A stretch of 64,000 nucleotides of DNA from an uncultured Methanoregula sp. (lineage in GTDB: Archaea; Halobacteriota; Methanomicrobia; Methanomicrobiales; Methanospirillaceae): the NCBI GenBank assembly GCA_964353765.1, contig CAYGWN010000049.1, positions 33,594 through 97,593 on the forward strand, in the 5' to 3' direction. The notes under the pieces were generated by a model, which was given only the letters and a program-made list of their open reading frames with translations, was not told the origin of the DNA and searched no databases. Numbering within the stretch: the first letter of the stretch is position 1; the number at the start of each line of letters is the position of its first letter. This document shows positions 1-9,902 of the stretch, piece after piece. The position numbers were made by a program, and so were the translations under genes.

Positions 1-1154
1 TGCCCTGCACCTTCCTTTGTCGTGCCGGACCGGCTGAAGCTTCCGGTAAAATCATATGCCTCATCTGGGTAGGGGCTTTGCTCGGAAAGTTTGTGATAGC
101 ATCCTGACGCAAAGTCAAGCCTCTTCAGATCGATCTTTCCGATATTCTGGTTGGTGAGTGTTTTTACATAGTAGACCCGGTTGGCATGGTCCCTCACCAG
201 AGAGAACTGTGTATGGAATTGCACCTCGCTCCATGTTCCGTTCTGCAGGACAACTATTGGATCTTCCCCGTTGATAACCTCGACCGCGTTCAGCAGGTGG
301 AATGCCTGCACAATTGAATTGCGGTTCGTATCATTGCCGGATCCGGTAGGCACATTATATTGGTTGAGTTTCGTCAACCGGACGAACCGGTCGGCCGGTG
401 AAGGACCTCCGGGAAGGCCGGCAAACGAGTTCTGCGGTGTGGCATTGGCATGGGATGCCAGGTTCTCCACCTGATACGGGTATGTCGGATCATTAGTCAG
501 GACACCCCCAAGGCTATCGACATCCGGGCCGTCATACGTATTCATGACCGTCTCACCGGTGCCGTTTTTTACCCACTCCACGATCAGCGTCCTTCCGCCA
601 GCGTCATGAACGATCAGGTGGAGGGGATCCTTTCCGGCCAGTTCCGGGGGGCACCAGATCTCGACTTCGTGCAGGCCCTGTTTTACCTCTTCAACGGTCT
701 GGAAGTTACCAGCAAGGTAGGATACGACATCCATATACAGCAAAGCCCTTTCAGGCCGGATGACCGTTGCCGGGTAATCGGAGTCCATGAGCGTGAGGAA
801 GGCAGCAGATAATCCCTCTTCATTCAGGGTTTCCACATACTGCGGCATGCTGCTCTCAGGAAGGCCGGCGACCTGCGGGAAATTTGATTCGACTCCCACA
901 AAACCGTATCGGTTCTTCCAGGCAATCCCGGGCTTGCGGGGATTTATTGATGAGAGGGATACCCACTGCTGGTCCCGGATCTCCACCATGAAGGATCCTT
1001 TCACCCCCTCCATCTCAAACCAGTCTATCGTCCGGCCTGAGATAACATTCCCCGGACTGTCTGTTTTTAACAGGAAATCCGAACACCCAGCCACCGGTGT
1101 TGTAAGGATAAAGAGAAGAACAAACACCAGGGTAAAACCGTGAACTGTGTCCAT
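1..1154 (-). CDS. Choloylglycine hydrolase / penicillin V acylase family (Ntn, linear amide C-N hydrolase). Secreted. C-terminus runs off the window.
   Basis: Absent from the ORF track because there is no stop inside the window. Hand translation of the minus strand from ATG 1154..1152 gives MDTVHGFTLVFVLLFILTTPVAGCSDFLLKTDSPGNVISGRTIDW... and stays open for all 384 codons to position 3. It has a signal peptide, then the Cys plus GRTxDW pattern typical of the CGH family. Confidence 0.6.
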   Translation of the reverse strand, partial: MDTVHGFTLVFVLLFILTTPVAGCSDFLLKTDSPGNVISGRTIDWFEMEGVKGSFMVEIRDQQWVSLSSINPRKPGIAWKNRYGFVGVESNFPQVAGLPESSMPQYVETLNEEGLSAAFLTLMDSDYPATVIRPERALLYMDVVSYLAGNFQTVEEVKQGLHEVEIWCPPELAGKDPLHLIVHDAGGRTLIVEWVKNGTGETVMNTYDGPDVDSLGGVLTNDPTYPYQVENLASHANATPQNSFAGLPGGPSPADRFVRLTKLNQYNVPTGSGNDTNRNSIVQAFHLLNAVEVINGEDPIVVLQNGTWSEVQFHTQFSLVRDHANRVYYVKTLTNQNIGKIDLKRLDFASGCYHKLSEQSPYPDEAYDFTGSFSRSGTTKEGAG

Positions 1155-1690
1155 ATTATCGAGTTAGCTGTACTTGTCTGATATAGATGTGCCTGCCAGC
1201 GCTTCCGGAGACAGTCATGGTCATTCGCTTCACTCACATCGCCTTCGCCTTCTCCCTCCCGCTCCTCACACTACGCTCCGCATCGTGTTCGTCGCTGAAT
1301 CCCTTACACATTCTGACGCTCAGTGACTCGCGACCGCACGACGACCCGCTGATGCGTGTCGTAACCGGCGCTCACTTGGGCCACTGCGGCCATCCCCCTT
1401 CCCCCGGACTCTCTTCTCTTCCAGGGGGCACTACGACCCCCTTTGATCATCGCCATAAGAGGGACCACTTCCCAGATGTAAAGAAGAGATTTTCAGGTAT
1501 GTTTAAATCCCGAACAGGGAATTAGACTAAGAAAATCGTTTAAATCAGACTTTTTTTCCCAAAATAAGAGACAATTTATCATCTATTCAAATTATGTTCA
1601 AAGCCCCAGCCGGGTTGGTAAAAGAGCCCGCAATCAGGGTGAGGGATAGAACCCCAACAATTATTCCCTGGGCCTGCTACCAGAGTACCT

Positions 1691-1918
1691 ATGACCAGGG
1701 CGCTCGTTGCTGATGTCCTTACTGCGCTGGAAGAAGTGGCAAGGAAGCACCAGATTGTATGGGACAGTATCTATATCGATTTCAGGAACTGCCCAGATGA
1801 GATGATGGCTACCCATGAAAACGATGCAAAGTCAAAAAAGCTGGCTGATCGTCTCGTTGCAAATCTCCGGTTCTGGCGCCCAAAGAAGAAAAAGGTCAGC
1901 AGTATGAAACGGGGGTAG
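1691..1918 (+). CDS. Small hypothetical protein (75 aa) with a Lys-rich C-terminus
   Basis: The only ORF in a gene-free stretch. No recognisable motif. Confidence 0.3.
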   Translation: MTRALVADVLTALEEVARKHQIVWDSIYIDFRNCPDEMMATHENDAKSKKLADRLVANLRFWRPKKKKVSSMKRG

Positions 1919-2296
1919 CATCTTGATTGCAAAAGATTGATTGCCCTCCTGCTCCTGACCGGCTATCCCGAAAATCTGCTTCTCTGATGTATTCTGACTA
2001 AAAAAAGAAGGGTATAGTACTATTTTGACCACTAATCTTACAATCAATTTACGACTGAAAATAGGTTGAACTTATAGTCCCAAAATCCATCACAAAAAAG
2101 GTGAATTCCCAATTAATAAAAACAAAAAAAGAATCTGATACCTGATACTGGGCTATCGCATTGTGGGGGACGCCACAGCGGCGGGGGTAAGCCGAAGGCG
2201 CAACCCCCTGGAGCATCTTGAAAATATGGGGCCCACTATTGGTTGAAAAAAATTGGTGGTTGAAATGCCACTATACCCAAAAAGAATTATCCTTCT

Positions 2297-3514
2297 CTAT
2301 GTTTCTGCAACCCAGTCCAGCCACTGGATTTCCCTGAGGCCTTCAGCGGTCTGCCGGTCGACACCGTAGAGATTCTGGTAAAAGGTGAGCAGCCACTCAT
2401 TGAGGTCAATATCAGAGAACCGGTCGGGATATGCTGCCTTTGCAATGACCATGAGCTCAACTGGATACTCGAGTCGTTTCGCACAGTCATAGGGCGTGAA
2501 GGGAAGGGACGCCACCCGGTGATTTCTGACTGCTTTTAATTCATGGAGATTCTGGTAATAGGGGGCTTCGTAGATCTCCTCTACCGGGTGGTAACCCCAG
2601 TCTGTCGGGAGGATGATCACATCGGGATCCATGGCAAGGATCTGCTCTGCGCTCACCACGTGCCAGTACCCTGATTCTTCGCGGAATGCATTCCGGGCAT
2701 GGATGATATTCTCAAGGGTCCAGGACTCATAGCTGGTGAGCGAGACCGTGTTGCCTGCTCCGCCCTCTTCCCTCGCGACATATGCCAATCCAAGGTACAG
2801 CACTGATGGCTTTTCAGGGTCGGTTATATTCTCCGTGCGCGACCGGATTGTTCCGACCTCCCCTTCCATGAGGGCGATGAGCTGTTCTGCCTCATCCTCT
2901 CTTCCGAAGAGATCGCCGATGATCCGTATCTCGTCCCACATCGTGTCAAGATCCGGTTGTTCATAGAAATTGGTCCCATACAGAATGACCACCGGGATGC
3001 CGAGCGATTCCATCCGCTCGATGGATTTTTTGACGTTTTCATCATTCACCCAGAACGTGCAGTCCCCGAGGCGCACGATTACCACGTCCGGTTTCAGGCT
3101 GGCAAGTGCCTCATAGTTTACTCCCCCCTCAAACTCCGCAATAACCGGGAGGGTCCGGGTCCGGGGATGGAGGTAGGCCATGGTGTTCATGCCATTGGTA
3201 TACGTATGGTTCCCCCCATACACCGATTCATAAGTATAGGTGTCGACTTCTTCGTAGGTCCGTGATCCCACCCCAACCAGCGTGTCGGCCTGCCCGAGGA
3301 CGGTCATCACTTCGAGGGAAAAACCGTCATCGATCGTGACTACTTTCTCGATCTCCTGGGGGACCCGGACAGCTATTCCCCGGCTGTCGACGATCGTCCG
3401 TGTAAAGGTCTCATTTGACGGGCCTGTCTCATCCCCCTTCTGCCCGGTACAGCCGGCAAGGAGGATTACCCCGACTATCACAGCGAAAAGAAGAAGGTTT
3501 ACCGTGCTCTTCAT
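2297..3514 (-). CDS. ABC transporter substrate-binding protein, Fe3+-siderophore/cobalamin (FecB/BtuF-like) family, lipoprotein-type signal
   Basis: Signal peptide with LLAGC lipobox. Periplasmic-binding-protein-like sequence. Last gene of an operon with a FecCD permease and an ATPase. I prefer the ATG at 3514 (GGTGA 5-9 nt upstream) over the GTG at 3523. Confidence 0.8.
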   Translation of the reverse strand: MKSTVNLLLFAVIVGVILLAGCTGQKGDETGPSNETFTRTIVDSRGIAVRVPQEIEKVVTIDDGFSLEVMTVLGQADTLVGVGSRTYEEVDTYTYESVYGGNHTYTNGMNTMAYLHPRTRTLPVIAEFEGGVNYEALASLKPDVVIVRLGDCTFWVNDENVKKSIERMESLGIPVVILYGTNFYEQPDLDTMWDEIRIIGDLFGREDEAEQLIALMEGEVGTIRSRTENITDPEKPSVLYLGLAYVAREEGGAGNTVSLTSYESWTLENIIHARNAFREESGYWHVVSAEQILAMDPDVIILPTDWGYHPVEEIYEAPYYQNLHELKAVRNHRVASLPFTPYDCAKRLEYPVELMVIAKAAYPDRFSDIDLNEWLLTFYQNLYGVDRQTAEGLREIQWLDWVAET

Positions 3515-3543
3515 CGCAATCACCTGCTCTCAAAGAGGGAGAA

Positions 3544-4380
3544 TCACCTCTTTTCCTCATAAAGAATTCTCCCTTTGTCATGGTACCGGTCATTGAACCG
3601 GTCGTGGACATCCTGCGGGAGGATCATTGGCACCCCTCCGGTATTGTCCATCCTGCAATCCATCTGGTATATCTTCGACAAGAGGTCACCGGTCAGTACC
3701 CGGGAAGGGATCCCCTCGTTCACGACCGTCCCCTTGTCCATGACAATCACCCGGTCACAGAACCATGCCACATGGTTTGGATCATGTGTACAGGCTACGA
3801 TACAAATGCCAGAACGGGCGATATCACGGAGAAGATTCCAGATCCGTACCTGGTTTGCGAAATCGAGTGATGAGGTCGGTTCATCGAGGAGCATGAGGGG
3901 TGTCTCCTGTGCAACCGCCCTTGTGATCAGGACGAGTTGACGCTGGCCACCAGAGAGTTCACGGAATGATCGTCCCGAGAGGTCTCTGATACCTATCCGA
4001 TCAAGTGCCCTGATCGCACTCCGTTTATCCTTTTCGGGAATGCCGAACATGTTGTCAAGGTGGGGAGTTCTCCCCATCAGGACTACATCCTGGACCATAT
4101 AGTTGAACTGGGGCTTGTGCTCCTGGGGGACATATGCGATCTTCCTGGCCAGGTCCTTCACGCTCAGCGAAGAGGACGCCATCCCCTGAACCGTGATTGC
4201 ACCGTTCGAAGGATGCAGCAGGTTCAGGCAACAGCGGAAGAGGGTGGTCTTTCCCGACCCGTTTGGTCCAAAGAGGGCGCAGACTTCACCTGGCCGAGCG
4301 GAGCAGCTGACCTCCCGGAGCGCAGGGATCTCCCCGTAAGAGAAGGAGAGATCCGATATTGACAGGGTCGGTTCAGCCAA
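3544..4380 (-). CDS. ABC transporter ATP-binding protein (FecE/BtuD-like)
   Basis: Walker A GPNGSGKTT, signature LSGGQRQ, Walker B LLDEP. The track start at 4452 is a TTG that overlaps the permease by 80 nt. The TTG at 4380 gives a TTGGCTGA start/stop overlap with the permease instead. Confidence 0.85.
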   Translation of the reverse strand: MAEPTLSISDLSFSYGEIPALREVSCSARPGEVCALFGPNGSGKTTLFRCCLNLLHPSNGAITVQGMASSSLSVKDLARKIAYVPQEHKPQFNYMVQDVVLMGRTPHLDNMFGIPEKDKRSAIRALDRIGIRDLSGRSFRELSGGQRQLVLITRAVAQETPLMLLDEPTSSLDFANQVRIWNLLRDIARSGICIVACTHDPNHVAWFCDRVIVMDKGTVVNEGIPSRVLTGDLLSKIYQMDCRMDNTGGVPMILPQDVHDRFNDRYHDKGRILYEEKR

Positions 4381-5455
4381 AGGCAGTCTGCCCCCTAGTG
4401 CGGATGAGGTAGAAGAGATACGGAGCTCCGAGAATCGATGCGATGATGCCAACCGGTATCTCGGCTCCTGTCAGTGTCCGGGCAAGGGTGTCGCAGACAA
4501 GAAGGTAGATCCCCCCCAGGAGGGCAGCGGCCGGGATGACTGCCCGGTGATCCGGGCCCATGATCATCCGGGCTGCATGGGGCATCATCAGACCGACCCA
4601 GGGGATAATTCCGACAGTGGCGGTCACCACCGCCGTAAGGAGTGTCGCAATGACGACGAATAGAAAGGTCAGTGTCTTGGGATCCACACCAAGAGCCAGG
4701 GACTCCTCCTCTCCCATGGAGAGGACGTTTAATTTCCAGGCAAGCAGAATGAGGACAACACAGGAAACCAGCACGACCGGCAGGTTCAGCGTGGCATCGC
4801 CCCAGGATGAATAGTAGAATCCGCCCATAATCCAGAACACGATGGTCCTGAGCGCGGCATCCGTGGAGATATACTTGAGAATGGAGACAAGCCCGTCGAA
4901 GACCGATGCTATTACGATACCGGCCAGAATGAGGGTAAGAACTGGGGTATATCCCCGGGTACGTGCCAGGAAATACGCCCCGCCAACTGCCAGGGATCCA
5001 AACAGGAAGGCAGAGAACTGGATACTCATGAAGAAACCTGGAAAAACGATCCCAAGTGCAGCGCCAAACGCTGCTCCCGATGAGACACCGAGAATGAAGG
5101 GATCGACGAGAGGGTTTCTGAAACAACCCTGGTAGACGGCCCCTGCAGCAGCGAGGGCTGCACCTGCGGCTATAGCCATGAGGATACGGGGCATGCGCAT
5201 ATTCCATACGATGGTATCAAGGACACGCTCCCGTTCAGGACCACTTAGAAAGGGGAACAGGTGTTCAATGAGAATGCCGTAAACATCAGCAAGCGATATC
5301 TCATATGCTCCCGCGGCAAGGGCGACTGAGGCAACTGCCAGCAGGAGGAGCCCGAGCCCGGCAATCAGGAGAATCCGTTGCCGGAAGGAGAAGACTGCGA
5401 GAGGGTTGACAGGGACCGAGTCTCCGGATTTGGGCGCAGGACCCTCGGGTGTCAT
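4373..5455 (-). CDS. Iron-siderophore/B12 ABC transporter permease (FecCD/BtuC family)
   Basis: 360-aa polytopic membrane protein with a FecCD-like sequence (…GPDHRAVIPAAALLGG…). Sits in the operon context described above. Confidence 0.85.
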   Translation of the reverse strand: MTPEGPAPKSGDSVPVNPLAVFSFRQRILLIAGLGLLLLAVASVALAAGAYEISLADVYGILIEHLFPFLSGPERERVLDTIVWNMRMPRILMAIAAGAALAAAGAVYQGCFRNPLVDPFILGVSSGAAFGAALGIVFPGFFMSIQFSAFLFGSLAVGGAYFLARTRGYTPVLTLILAGIVIASVFDGLVSILKYISTDAALRTIVFWIMGGFYYSSWGDATLNLPVVLVSCVVLILLAWKLNVLSMGEEESLALGVDPKTLTFLFVVIATLLTAVVTATVGIIPWVGLMMPHAARMIMGPDHRAVIPAAALLGGIYLLVCDTLARTLTGAEIPVGIIASILGAPYLFYLIRTRGQTAFG

Positions 5456-5933
5456 AGGGGACTCTCCACAAAGAAGCCTGTGAAAGACATCATGGCCCTG
5501 AATTGGGTATTTGTGCCCGCAACAGAAAAAAGATCGGTATCAGAGTGTGAGCGAGGGGCTGGTTCTTGTAGGGACTTCACGAAGGCGAGTCTCGGAAGGC
5601 GAAAAGGGAGTCACCCCCATCAAGGAATTCTTTGGGCCAGGAAGTCATGGGTTTCATGATACTCGGCTCTGCCAGAATTACTGCCATATCAACGATCATA
5701 ATCTCATGAAGTGCCAGAATGGTATCTAACTGGTTCAAAGACACATATCCACTAATGGAACAGTCCGGGTCCGAGAAGTTGCAGGAGAAGGTATCTTAAC
5801 CTTTCAATTATCGGCATATTCAAGAGAAAAGCAGGAGATTAATCCACCTTAAACTAGTACCCGGGATTTCCACCCGGAAAAGGAGAAGAAGATGCCAGGA
5901 ACAGGTGAGGCTAAGAAAACAAAGGACCCTTAA

Positions 5934-6719
5934 GTGACCTGGAAGTGCTCTGTGTGCGGTTTCATGATCGCCACCGAGAAGCCACCAAAGGGGTGTCCGA
6001 AATGCGGCAGTTCATCCAGGGAATTCCTGCCGGGGAAAGAATATGCGCAATTTTTTACCTACGATGGAGACAAATTCGATGTCCTGCTGATCAACGGCAG
6101 CACTCACCGGGCGAACAACACTGGTTATCTTGCAGACCTTGTCGAAGAAGAACTCCGGGAAAAGGGCATTAGTTATCATCGCTACAACCTCAATAAATAT
6201 CGCATCGATCACTGCTGGTGCTGCTACAGCATGAAGGCCGAATACTGCACCTATCCCTGCAGGAATTCAGAAGATGATATGCCTGCATTCCATCAACTTC
6301 TCGCCGCATCCCGGGCTGTGATTGTAGCGTCCCCCATCAACTGGAACACTATGTCAGCCCGGCTCAAGGACTTTCTTGACCGGACGACCTGCATGCAGAA
6401 CCTCTTCCACCTGAAAAAAGCCGGGTTCACGGAAGGTAAGATTGCCGGGATCCTGGTCAACGGTCACGAGGACGGGGCAATCAAGACCGCGATGGACATA
6501 CACCTCCACTTTCAGCAGATGGGCTATCTGCTGGCCCCGTTTGGTATCGCCTTCAGGACGCACGGGGCAGAGTTCAACAGCAGCACGGATGCTGATTTCT
6601 TCAGGAATGATGAACTGATAGTCGGCTACATAAAAGGGGTGGTCAATAACGTGGTTGAGCTGATGAAGCTCGATATCGAAGAGCAGCTAAAAGGGAGAAT
6701 CATACCTGTCTCGGAGTGA
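5934..6719 (+). CDS. Iron-sulfur flavoprotein (Isf)-like NADPH-dependent FMN reductase family protein with an N-terminal rubredoxin-like zinc ribbon
   Basis: N-terminal CSVCG…CPKCG ribbon. Flavodoxin-like core (VLLINGSTH…). Compact Cys cluster HCWCCYSMKAEYCTYPC. GTG start. Confidence 0.7.
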   Translation: MTWKCSVCGFMIATEKPPKGCPKCGSSSREFLPGKEYAQFFTYDGDKFDVLLINGSTHRANNTGYLADLVEEELREKGISYHRYNLNKYRIDHCWCCYSMKAEYCTYPCRNSEDDMPAFHQLLAASRAVIVASPINWNTMSARLKDFLDRTTCMQNLFHLKKAGFTEGKIAGILVNGHEDGAIKTAMDIHLHFQQMGYLLAPFGIAFRTHGAEFNSSTDADFFRNDELIVGYIKGVVNNVVELMKLDIEEQLKGRIIPVSE

Positions 6720-6886
6720 TTTATGGAGGGAATCCGTCCCCTCCGCATGGCCTGCCACAGTATGAACCTGCACACTGTGCAGGCACAGGCATCTTTTCAT
6801 GATCACCATCTGGGTTCGATCAATCCGAGCCGGGCAGTCCGGCTGATGAGAGGATCCGGATTACCATTGCTCCCGTGGTTGGCGCA

Positions 6887-7459
6887 TTACAACCCGATTC
6901 TGGCAAGCAGGTAGAGGAGGCCGAGGATCAGGACCGTCACACCAACGACCACAATTTCAGGCTTTACACCGATCAGTTCCGGGATGGTCTCTGCCGGAAA
7001 GGGTCCCCGCCTCAGGACCGACCGGTCAAGTGCAGGATAGAGGCGTGCAAAGATACCTGCACCTATCGCGATCCCCACCATCCCGATCACAGCGTCAAGT
7101 GCTCCAGTCCCGAACGCAGCGGCGGCAGTGCCGGGGCAGTACCCGAGGACCGCAAATCCTGCCCCGAAGATCAAACCCCCCAGTATGGTTGCACCAACCG
7201 ATCCTCTGCTGATATGGAGGTTGACGAGTCCTGCCGACTTCATCGCGTAGATCCCGATCATCCCGATAACAATAGCGGAGAGCATCACCTTCACGACCGT
7301 AAAATCGGTGAGAAGGAGCTGGCCGATGATCACATCGTAATTTGTCACACCGCCTTTCTGGAGGAGGAACCCAAAGATAAACCCGGTAATGAGCCCGAGG
7401 ACAATCTGGGCCCTTGCATGTGACCTGATTCGTTCATATGCCATTCCTGCACCCCTCAC
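6887..7459 (-). CDS. YeeE/YedE family sulfur-transport membrane protein (second half-size subunit)
   Basis: Polytopic and Gly-rich. 4-nt overlap with the upstream paralogous half. PF04143-like. Confidence 0.7.
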   Translation of the reverse strand: MRGAGMAYERIRSHARAQIVLGLITGFIFGFLLQKGGVTNYDVIIGQLLLTDFTVVKVMLSAIVIGMIGIYAMKSAGLVNLHISRGSVGATILGGLIFGAGFAVLGYCPGTAAAAFGTGALDAVIGMVGIAIGAGIFARLYPALDRSVLRRGPFPAETIPELIGVKPEIVVVGVTVLILGLLYLLARIGL

Positions 7460-7980
7460 ATGAACGGAAACCCGAACAGGACCCCGGCGACCAGGATACC
7501 CCCGGCAAAGAAGCAGATCGCAGCGACCCAGCTTGCCAGTGAGAGCTGGAGGGTTCCGGATATGCCATGTCCCGATGTGCAGCCACCAGCCCAGCGGGCC
7601 CCGATTCCCATCAGGAGGCCACCAGTGAGTGCTACAGCGGAACGGAGAATCGCGCTCGTCCCGAACGCATCAGCAAATACAGGGGGCACGATCAGGACAT
7701 CGAAGGTCCCGGACAGGTATGCAGACAGGAAGGCCCCGCCTATCACCCCGATAATGAGGATCCACTGCCAGTCGACTCTCGGTGGAAACTTCTGGTAGTA
7801 CGGCATCTGTTCGGTATTCTTTCGGGAGATTGCGGACTCCACCATCCCGGCCGATTTGGCATATGCCGTCGAGCAACCGAGCGGGCGGTCAGAGAGGAGG
7901 AACGCGGTCCAGATAAGGACCCCGATCCCTCCCCCAACGATATATGGCGACCATGACGCCATTGCGAACCATTCGATCAT
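7456..7980 (-). CDS. YeeE/YedE family sulfur-transport membrane protein (first half-size subunit)
   Basis: Carries the conserved GGCTSGHG motif (…RWAGGCTSGHGISG…). Polytopic. Confidence 0.7.
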   Translation of the reverse strand: MIEWFAMASWSPYIVGGGIGVLIWTAFLLSDRPLGCSTAYAKSAGMVESAISRKNTEQMPYYQKFPPRVDWQWILIIGVIGGAFLSAYLSGTFDVLIVPPVFADAFGTSAILRSAVALTGGLLMGIGARWAGGCTSGHGISGTLQLSLASWVAAICFFAGGILVAGVLFGFPFM

Positions 7981-8032
7981 GAAAATCCTCCGGCATGAAC
8001 GGGAAGGACGTTTTGGGATAAAATCCCTCGTG

Positions 8033-9400
8033 TCATGGCACGAAGCCCGCCCGCTTGTATGCTATGAAACCACCTGCCAGATTCGAGACTGAGTGAAACC
8101 CGTGCATCATAAGGATGCTTGCCGCGATGCTCGCACGCTGCCCACCTTTGCACATCACGATGTACTGACCTTCCGGGTCAAGTTCGGCATACCGGGTCCT
8201 GAGATCGTGCCAGGGGATATGGATCGACCCCTCAACACGGGAGGCCGCCTTCTCTTCTTTTGATCGGACATCGATGATGACCGCTCCTTCCTCCTGGACC
8301 AGGGCATGGGCTTCCCCGGGAGAGATAACCGGGACTCTCCCCACCGGCAGGGCATTCACCCCCCAGGCAAGCATGCCTCCCTCGAGATACGCTGCAACGC
8401 GGTCAAACCCTACCCGGTGAAGCTGGAGTGCTGCGTCTTCCACCTGGTGCCGCTCTTCGACGACGAGGAGGATATCCTGGCCGGGGGGGAGGATCCAGCC
8501 GGCCTGGGTGGCGAAGCTGCCAGCGAGATCGATATGCCAGGCTCCGGGTATGTGCACCCCGGAGAACGCCGGGTAACTCCGTATATCGAGCAGGACAGCA
8601 TCACCGGCATTGACCCGGTCGGCAAAGGACTTTGGGTCCTTTAGCGCCGGTTGCACGAGATCCCGCATCAGGGCAGGGCCGGCCCGGTTGATCTCGGAAC
8701 ACCGGGCGAAGTGAACCGGGGCATCCGGCATATCAGAAGTGAGTGAACGGATAAACTCCTCGCGGTCCCTGATCTGGAGGGCATAGTTGTACTTCTTCTC
8801 ATACCCGATCGTGCTCGTCCTCTTTGCGCCCATCGCCCGCCCGCAGAGGGATCCCATCCCGTGGGCGGGATAGACCTCGCATTCATCAGGAAGCGTCAGG
8901 ATCTTTTCATGCAGGTTGTCATAGAGCGAGGAGGCAAGATCCCGTGCTTTCCCCGGAAAGAGGTCGGGCCTCCCGACATCGCCGACAAAGAGGGTGTCGC
9001 CCGAGAAGAGGGCGACCGGGGTCATCCCCCGTGCAGTATCTGTTGCAATGTAGCAGATATGCTCGGGAGTGTGCCCCGCTGTCTCGATCACCGAGAAACG
9101 GATATCCTCAACCAGTATCTCATCCCCTTCTTTCAGAGGGACATGGGGAAATGCGCAGTTCCCGGATCGCGGTGCATAAATCCGGGCTCCGGTCGCTTCG
9201 GCCAGGTCGAGGTGACCCGATACGAAGTCTGCATGCAGGTGCGTCTCAAGGATATGGGTGATCCGGAGCCCCATCTGCATTGTGGCATCAAGGTAGCGGC
9301 TGATATCGCGTTCCGGGTCGATCACCGTACACGTCTTCTCCCCGGCAATGATATAGGAACTGTGGGCGATGCCCGGCACGAAAAACTGGTGGATAATCAT
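8033..9400 (-). CDS. MBL-fold metallo-hydrolase (ETHE1/persulfide-dioxygenase-like) fused to two rhodanese domains
   Basis: THLHADFVSGH metal motif and HTPEH. Two C-terminal rhodanese modules, the last with active-site loop CKGGQRAS. Confidence 0.8.
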   Translation of the reverse strand: MIIHQFFVPGIAHSSYIIAGEKTCTVIDPERDISRYLDATMQMGLRITHILETHLHADFVSGHLDLAEATGARIYAPRSGNCAFPHVPLKEGDEILVEDIRFSVIETAGHTPEHICYIATDTARGMTPVALFSGDTLFVGDVGRPDLFPGKARDLASSLYDNLHEKILTLPDECEVYPAHGMGSLCGRAMGAKRTSTIGYEKKYNYALQIRDREEFIRSLTSDMPDAPVHFARCSEINRAGPALMRDLVQPALKDPKSFADRVNAGDAVLLDIRSYPAFSGVHIPGAWHIDLAGSFATQAGWILPPGQDILLVVEERHQVEDAALQLHRVGFDRVAAYLEGGMLAWGVNALPVGRVPVISPGEAHALVQEEGAVIIDVRSKEEKAASRVEGSIHIPWHDLRTRYAELDPEGQYIVMCKGGQRASIAASILMMHGFHSVSNLAGGFIAYKRAGFVP

Positions 9401-9902
9401 GATGTCTCTTCCTTTCTATCCGATGAACAAGTACATGAGTATTAGGGCAATACTGATGAAAAGAACCATCATGATGCCCCTGTCTTCAGGTGGTCTTTCA
9501 TCATATATCCGCCAGAACCAATCAGATGAAATCAGCCATGACTGCAGAGAGCACTCCATTCGGCACAGGAAGAAAATACCGACATTCCGGCTACAGCCGC
9601 GTTGAACAGGTCAACGAAGGAGATGAGGGACAAACAGTAAGAGAGGATGAGACTGAGGCCCTGCAATCTGCTGGAGCGGACGAACCGACCCTTGAACCCC
9701 TATCGGGATCAGAAAGAACAGGGAAAATAATTCCCCCAATTACCATGGATTGGCCCGCCTCCTCCCCTATCCCGGTTCAGCGAAGAACCGCACCTGCAGG
9801 AAGAAGGAATCCGGAAGTCCGTCGATTACCGATCGTTCTACCGGAAGATACTGATGGGAATACCTTATGCAGGCAGTGAAACAAGAAAAAAAGCGTGGGC
9901 CT

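Noticed and set aside
181-1143. Three consecutive plus-strand ORFs (181..474, 450..812, 787..1143)
   Set aside because: These are shadow frames opposite a 384-codon open minus-strand frame that has clear Ntn-hydrolase motifs. Their own translations are low-complexity, with no motifs.
1224-1240. Possible dispersed intergenic repeat. TTCGCTTCACTCACATC here, CTTCGCTCACACACC at 11842-11856, and the reverse complement of GTGTGAGCGAGG at 5545-5556. Vaguely similar downstream words (GAATCCCTTAC / GATTCCCTAAG).
   Set aside because: Only a ~10-12 nt degenerate core is shared, and I cannot align the flanks convincingly by eye. It could be chance in 64 kb. A genome-wide repeat search would be needed before any claim.
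1187-1525. 112-aa plus-strand ORF in the gap after the hydrolase gene
   Set aside because: Pro/Ser/Leu-rich low-complexity translation, no RBS or TATA context, no motif. Probably non-coding.
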